From a virus (Duplodnaviria; Caudoviricetes): a DNA stretch of 39,784 bases. Positions 35,355 to 39,784 of the stretch are shown here, piece by piece. The stretch lies in IMG/VR virus record IMGVR_UViG_3300005764_000036, positions 1 to 39,784 of that record. One strand, given 5' to 3'. Within the stretch, counting starts at the first letter, position 1; each line of letters begins with the position of its first letter. Both the position numbers and the translations under genes were made by a program. The notes beneath the pieces were generated by a model. That model had not been told where the DNA came from, ran no database searches, and worked only from the letters and a program-made list of their open reading frames with translations.

Positions 35355-35695
35355 CGTGTTTTTTCGGATCGGCTTGGGGCGGCGATGGGTGCGGACCGTG
35401 CCGGCGTTGTCGCGCGCAGCTCGAAAAGGATCTCGCGGAATTTTGGCGCGGCGTGTTTTTCGGAGACTGGGATCGAGACGGGTTTACGGCGAAGGAACGA
35501 AACCTCATGGCGGGCGCTGACCGCCGGCGCCGTGAGGGAACGAAGACCGCTACCGGAGACAAGTGGACAAAGCGGCCAGGCCAGGGCGAACGATTCGACG
35601 GCCGTCCTCGGACGCGATCGGCGTCGACGACACGGATCGCATGGGCGCGCGCCGATCGCGCGCGCCTTGCACGAACGGGCGACGGCTACGGCTGA
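35342..35695 (+). CDS. Hypothetical protein
   Basis: Overlaps the upstream stop; Cys cluster CGPCRRC; the 3' half is Arg-rich and less convincing. Confidence 0.5.
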   Translation: MASVTCFFGSAWGGDGCGPCRRCRAQLEKDLAEFWRGVFFGDWDRDGFTAKERNLMAGADRRRREGTKTATGDKWTKRPGQGERFDGRPRTRSASTTRIAWARADRARLARTGDGYG

Positions 35696-35706
35696 CGCGC
35701 GCGCGC

Positions 35707-35756
35707 GCGGAGTCCTTCCTTTTCTCATTTGCGAATGGGAGTGGGGAGGGCTCTGC
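35707..35756 (+). other. Long pyrimidine/purine hairpin
   Basis: GCGGAGTCCTTCCTTTTCTCATT-TGCG-AATGGGAGTGGGGAGGGCTCTGC pairs with several G-U wobbles. Confidence 0.55.
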
Positions 35757-35814
35757 TCGTGGGCTCCGGCAAACGGCTCACGTCTGGATCGGATCGTACG
35801 TTGGGGATCGGTAC

Positions 35815-36219
35815 ATGAAAGGCAAAACTGCGCGCGCGAAAAATTCGGTTTCCGCGGCGCCGACGGTGGAACTCCTCACGTACTTCGACGATTTGCACGT
35901 CTTGCGATTCGGCGAAAAGGCGGTGATTCGACGCGGGAAGGACGCGCAGCTCGTCGCGGAACTGTGTCGCAGTCACGGCGCGGCGCGGGTCAAGGAATTG
36001 ATTGCGGATTTTTTTGCGAGTCGGGATCCGTGGATTCGGGACCACGGGTATTCGGTCGGCGTGTTCGTGAGTCAGGCGGCGAAATTGATCGCGCGGCGGC
36101 CGAAGAATGGCCGGACGGTGCCGGCGTCGTGGTTGGACGAATGCGAGGCGGAACACGGCGGCGCGTGTGCGAGTTCGACGGCGCATATGTGGCGGAAGGT
36201 GCGCGACACGGGCGAGTAA
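35815..36219 (+). CDS. Hypothetical protein resembling a replication-initiator C-terminal domain
   Basis: ATG 35815 (frame open from 35563); helical GKDAQL...IADFF..DPWI..GYS pattern; located where replication genes are expected. Confidence 0.6.
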   Translation: MKGKTARAKNSVSAAPTVELLTYFDDLHVLRFGEKAVIRRGKDAQLVAELCRSHGAARVKELIADFFASRDPWIRDHGYSVGVFVSQAAKLIARRPKNGRTVPASWLDECEAEHGGACASSTAHMWRKVRDTGE

Positions 36220-36229
36220 GGAGGCCGGG

Positions 36230-36445
36230 ATGCGGGCGGTGCGATACGTGCCAAATAGCGAATGGCCGTACGGGCATGGCACGGCGACGTGTCCGACGTG
36301 CAAGGGGACGGGGGCCGACGCGGCGAAACTGACGAACATTCTGGTGACGTCGCGCGCGCCGGTGACGGATCTCGACGGCGTCAAGTGTCCGGCGTGCGAG
36401 GGGCGCGGGCGCGTCATTGCCGAGGCCGAGGCGGCGCGGTCGTGA
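36230..36445 (+). CDS. Small zinc-finger protein (DnaJ-type CxxCxGxG x2)
   Basis: AAGGAGG RBS; CPTCKGTG and CPACEGRG. Confidence 0.8.
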   Translation: MRAVRYVPNSEWPYGHGTATCPTCKGTGADAAKLTNILVTSRAPVTDLDGVKCPACEGRGRVIAEAEAARS

Positions 36446-37692
36446 CGGCGGCGACGTTGTTTTCCGGAATTGGCGCGCCAGAAACGGCGATGCCGGAATG
36501 GGCTTGGTTATGGTCGGCCGAGATCGAGGCGTTTCCGTCGGCGGTCTTGGCCGCGCGCCACGGGGCCTTGATCAATTTGGGCGACGTGAGGGCGGAGGGT
36601 TTCTGTGATCGAGCTGTCGCAATCGGGCGGCCAGATGTCGTTATTTTCGGATCGCCCTGTCAATCGTTCTCGGTCGCCGGCCAACGTCTCGGCCTGGATG
36701 ACGCGCGCGGTAACTTGGCGCTCGAGGCCTTACGAATTCTTAGAATTCTTAGACCGGCCTGGTTCGTCTTTGAAAACGTGCCAGGCCTCCTCTCCTCGGC
36801 CGACGGACGAGACTTCGGCCTTTTTCTGCGAACAGTGGATGAACTCGGGTGTGCTCTCGCGTGGTCAGTGTTGGACGCGCAGTACTTCGGAGTGGCGCAG
36901 CGGCGGCGCCGCGTGTTCGCTGTCGGCCATTTTGGAGGGGACTGGCGCGGTCCCGCCGCGGTACTTTTTGAGTCCGAAAGCGTGTGCGGGGATCCTCCGG
37001 CGCGCGGCCAAACGGGGCAAGACGTTACCGGAACCGTTGGCGCGCGCGCTGGCAGCCGCGGCGGAACCGATTTCGAGGCCGGGACATTAGGCGGGGCCTC
37101 GCAGTCGGGCGGATTCCGGACGCCGGATCTCGACAATTCCGGCGCGTTCGTCGTGTCGCATGCGTTGCGCGCGGAACTGGCGCCGACGTTGCGCGCCGGC
37201 GCGGAAGTCGAGGGCCATGCGAACGGCGGCGTCATGCCGGCGATCGCGTACGTCGCCGACGATTACCGGCGCGGGACGTATGAGGCGGCGGCGGCGGCGG
37301 CGCCGCTGACGACGTCGGCGGATCGGTCGCGGTCGGCGCCGGTCGTGGCGGAACCGTACGCGATCAAGGTTCGAGGGCGCGACGGTGGACGGGATCTCGA
37401 GGCGAGACAGGACGGGACGGCAAACGCCTTGCGGACGCCGAGCGGCGGACGGGACGGATTCGGGAACGGCGCGATTGGCGGCGAGGCCTCGGGCGTCCGG
37501 CGCCTGACGCCTCGAGAATGCGAACGGCTGCAAGGCTTCCCGGACGATTACACGCGGGTGCTGTACCGCGGGAAGTGGGCGAAGGACGGGCCGCGTTACA
37601 AGGCGATCGGCAATTCGATGGCGGTCCCGGTGATTCGCTGGATTTTGCGGCGGCTGGCCGAGGTGGATCGGCTCATGGCGGCGCGGTCGTGA
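36442..37692 (+). CDS. C5 cytosine DNA methyltransferase
   Basis: GTG 36442; FSGIG (I), GSPCQ (IV), ENV (VI), QRRRR (VIII), RRLTPRECERLQGFPD (IX), GNSM (X). Confidence 0.95.
   Translation: MTAATLFSGIGAPETAMPEWAWLWSAEIEAFPSAVLAARHGALINLGDVRAEGFCDRAVAIGRPDVVIFGSPCQSFSVAGQRLGLDDARGNLALEALRILRILRPAWFVFENVPGLLSSADGRDFGLFLRTVDELGCALAWSVLDAQYFGVAQRRRRVFAVGHFGGDWRGPAAVLFESESVCGDPPARGQTGQDVTGTVGARAGSRGGTDFEAGTLGGASQSGGFRTPDLDNSGAFVVSHALRAELAPTLRAGAEVEGHANGGVMPAIAYVADDYRRGTYEAAAAAAPLTTSADRSRSAPVVAEPYAIKVRGRDGGRDLEARQDGTANALRTPSGGRDGFGNGAIGGEASGVRRLTPRECERLQGFPDDYTRVLYRGKWAKDGPRYKAIGNSMAVPVIRWILRRLAEVDRLMAARS
36605..37090 (+). CDS. Alternative-frame ORF nested in the methyltransferase (putative second subunit)
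   Basis: +1 frame open for 161 codons (ATG at 36635); SLSAILE..VPPRYFLSPKACAGILRRA.KRGKTLP resembles the post-motif-VIII segment of C5 methyltransferases. Confidence 0.6.
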   Translation: MIELSQSGGQMSLFSDRPVNRSRSPANVSAWMTRAVTWRSRPYEFLEFLDRPGSSLKTCQASSPRPTDETSAFFCEQWMNSGVLSRGQCWTRSTSEWRSGGAACSLSAILEGTGAVPPRYFLSPKACAGILRRAAKRGKTLPEPLARALAAAAEPISRPGH

Positions 37693-37925
37693 TCTGGCAA
37701 GTCGCGCGTGGCGTGCGATTTTGCGGGAACTGTCGCGCGCGCCTCGAGGTCGGCGCGCCGCTGGCGCTGGTGACGTCGGCGCGCCTGGTGCGGTGTACGG
37801 CGTGTGCGTGGGCCATGCGGCGCATGGTCGTGGCGCTCGAGGCCGAGGAACGGGAAATTGATCTCAACGCGCCGGCGCGCGTGGTCGAATTCCGGCGGCC
37901 GGCGCGCCTCGAGGGGTTGGACTAG
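37689..37925 (+). CDS. Small zinc-finger hypothetical protein
   Basis: GTGA overlap; CGNC...CTAC. Confidence 0.65.
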   Translation: MIWQVARGVRFCGNCRARLEVGAPLALVTSARLVRCTACAWAMRRMVVALEAEEREIDLNAPARVVEFRRPARLEGLD

Positions 37926-38125
37926 TGGACGACGTCCGTTTCATGCTGACGCGGCGCGAACGGGCGCTCCTCGACACGATGCGCGCGATCGCCGGCGTGC
38001 GGACGGACGCGGAAGTGGTGCGCGTGGCGCTGTATCGATTGGCGGAACACTTTCAGATCGACGGCCTGGCGATTGACGATTTCGCGGTCGAGGAACGGCC
38101 GCGGCGGCCGGTGACGCGCCGGTGA
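37925..38125 (+). CDS. Small RHH-like hypothetical protein
   Basis: VRFMLTRRERALLD...TDAEVVRVAL pattern. Confidence 0.6.
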   Translation: MDDVRFMLTRRERALLDTMRAIAGVRTDAEVVRVALYRLAEHFQIDGLAIDDFAVEERPRRPVTRR

Positions 38126-38553
38126 GGACGATCGAATTTACGGTCCTCGGCGAACTCGCCGGCAAAGGATCCATGCGCGCGTACACGTATCGGCGGAAGG
38201 ACGGCGGCCTGGGCGCGCGCGCGACGGCGGACAATCCGAAAACGCGCGCGGACGAATTCAAAGTCTCGCGCGCGGCCGCCGAGGCGCTCGAGGCCGACGG
38301 CCGCGGGTTGTTCGACGGACCGATCGCGGTGCGGATCGACGTCCGGCTGGCGCGGCCGAAGTCCGTCCCGGCCAAACGCCGTCCGCTGCCGACGGTCAAA
38401 CCGGACGCCGACAAGATCGCGCGCCTGGTGCTTGATGCGCTCACGAAGATCGTCTTCGTCGACGATGCGGCGGTGTGCTGTCTGCAGGTGCGGAAACGCT
38501 ACGCGGCCGTGCCGTACGTCCTGGTGCGCGTCGCCGAGGAATTACCCGATTAG
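38122..38553 (+). CDS. rusA: RusA-family Holliday junction resolvase
   Basis: KPDADKIARLVLDALT..VFVDDA.V motif. Confidence 0.9.
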   Translation: MRTIEFTVLGELAGKGSMRAYTYRRKDGGLGARATADNPKTRADEFKVSRAAAEALEADGRGLFDGPIAVRIDVRLARPKSVPAKRRPLPTVKPDADKIARLVLDALTKIVFVDDAAVCCLQVRKRYAAVPYVLVRVAEELPD

Positions 38554-38561
38554 GAGGTTCT

Positions 38562-38780
38562 ATGCGGTGCTGGATTCGGGTCGACGTCGGAAAACGGAAG
38601 GACGCGAAGGCGATCGAATTGGCGCTGTCGCGTCCGGACGTCCGCGCGTTTGCGCTGATTGTCGGGACGTTGGAACCATTCGACGATCGGGCGCGCGCGC
38701 GGATTCTGCAGTTCGTGTCGGATTCCGTGGATTCGCAGTCGCCGCGGCCGGCGCCGCGCGTCCTCATTCCCTCGGCGTGA
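38562..38780 (+). CDS. Hypothetical protein
   Basis: AGGAGG RBS, ATG 38562, 72 aa. Confidence 0.75.
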   Translation: MRCWIRVDVGKRKDAKAIELALSRPDVRAFALIVGTLEPFDDRARARILQFVSDSVDSQSPRPAPRVLIPSA

Positions 38781-38784
38781 GGCG

Positions 38785-39141
38785 ATGCGGAAGGCGCCGA
38801 ATCTGCGGATCGATACGTTTCGGCAACCGGATCCGAATACCGGCGTCACGTACCGCGACAACAACGGGTGTTTCTTCATTCCGTGTCGCGGCGTCGTCCT
38901 GACGGTGATCGCCTCGGACGGCCTCGGTTGGGATCATGTCTCGGTATCGCTCAAACACCGGACGCCGACGTGGGACGAAATGGAGTACGTCCGCGGCCTG
39001 TTTTTTCGGGAGGACGAAACCGTGATGCAGCTCCACGTCCCGCGCGCCGATCACGTCAACGTCCACAAGTTCTGTCTGCATTTGTGGCGGCCGAATGACG
39101 GTCGAGAGATTCCGCGGCCGGACGCGATTCTGGTTGGGTGA
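38785..39141 (+). CDS. Conserved phage protein of unknown function
   Basis: GWDHVSVS...RTPTWDEM..V..LFF...HVNVHKFCLHLWRP motif set, common in phage early regions. Confidence 0.85.
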   Translation: MRKAPNLRIDTFRQPDPNTGVTYRDNNGCFFIPCRGVVLTVIASDGLGWDHVSVSLKHRTPTWDEMEYVRGLFFREDETVMQLHVPRADHVNVHKFCLHLWRPNDGREIPRPDAILVG

Positions 39142-39378
39142 CGCGCGCGGCCGTCGCGCCGGCGCCAGGCCGCCCGCGCCGAGCTGCTCGAGGGGGCGCC
39201 GGAATCCGGAACCGTTCGCGCGCGCGCCGGCACGGGCCAACGTCGCAAGGGGGGGGCCATTGTCCAGGCGCCGGCGGCGCGCGCCTCGAGGCCTCGCGCG
39301 CGGGGAACCTCGAGACGGACCGGCCTCGCGCGCGCGGACTAGTGGACAACGGGCGTACGCTTTCAGGGAAGGCCGAGT

Positions 39379-39717
39379 ATGCCGGAAGCAATGCGGCGAT
39401 TCTGTTTGGCGGCCGGGTGTTCGGCCAGGGTGGTCCGTGGGTACTGTCCAGCTCATACCCTCAATCGTGCGTCCTGGACAGCGGTACGGCCTCCTGGCCG
39501 GGTCCTGTATGGCCGCGCGTGGTCGGCGGCCAGGCGGACGTTTCTCGGCCAGTATCCGTACTGCCGACGGTGCGGACGACTGGCGACGGAAGTCGATCAT
39601 GTTCGGCCTCATGGTGGGAACTACGATCTGTTTTGGGACGCGCGCAATTGGCAGCCGTTGTGTTTGCCGTGTCATTCGAGGAAAACGGCCGAGGAAATTC
39701 GAGGCGCGCGATACTGA
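39379..39717 (+). CDS. Terminase-associated HNH endonuclease (HK97 gp74-like)
   Basis: CLAAGC...YCPAH, CRRCG..ATEVDHVRPH...FWD..NWQPLCLPCHSRKT; last gene before the cos-like region. Confidence 0.92.
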   Translation: MPEAMRRFCLAAGCSARVVRGYCPAHTLNRASWTAVRPPGRVLYGRAWSAARRTFLGQYPYCRRCGRLATEVDHVRPHGGNYDLFWDARNWQPLCLPCHSRKTAEEIRGARY

Positions 39718-39784
39718 CTTGAGTGCGTCGGCATACTCCCCCGGGGGGGGTGGGTGGATCGGATGACCGAAGGCGGCCGGGAAA
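39718..39784. other. Right part of putative cos/packaging region
   Basis: CCCCCGGGGGGGGTGGGT tract directly after the HNH gene, as commonly seen next to cos in HK97-like phages. Confidence 0.55.

Larger units (their letters stand above)
1..39784. mobile_element. Temperate HK97-like siphophage genome, probably complete and opened near cos
   Basis: Ordered packaging, head, tail, integration, immunity and early modules. The intact attP is internal. HNH lies at the right end and terS at the left end, the usual HNH-cos-terS arrangement across the junction. Confidence 0.93.

Noticed and set aside
1-39784. Host assignment (e.g. Acidobacteriota) from GC content and protein style
   Set aside because: Impression only; needs attP or spacer matching.

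Overview
This window looks like a complete or near-complete genome of a temperate, HK97-like cos siphophage with high GC (roughly two-thirds by eye), opened at or near cos. The left arm (1-25.5 kb, + strand) carries packaging and morphogenesis genes: terS, terL, a protease-capsid fusion, portal, collagen-like protein, neck and tail genes, a frameshifted tail chaperone, tape measure, tail-tip and fibre proteins, an Ig-domain protein, a glycosyltransferase and a methyltransferase. The centre holds a leftward DUF1640-like moron, an attP containing the 3' half of tRNA-Arg(CCT) with flanking arm-type repeats, a tyrosine integrase, and a divergent cI/cro switch with three operator-like sites. The right arm has excisionase, ERF and PD-(D/E)XK recombination genes, a lipoprotein, a TcmP-HNH-DUF5131 cassette, a C5 DNA methyltransferase with a nested alternative-frame ORF, RusA and a terminal HNH. 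The most unusual points are: (i) an S74-chaperoned tail fibre that starts with a textbook Sec signal peptide, in a genome where I recognise no endolysin; (ii) a possible virion glycosylation set (Maf/sialyltransferase-like gene inside the neck module, plus GT-A and SAM methyltransferase genes); (iii) the dual-coding methyltransferase; (iv) strong over-representation of CTCGAG/GCCTCGAGGC and GCGATCGC palindromes. All family calls come from recognising motifs by eye; no database search was run.
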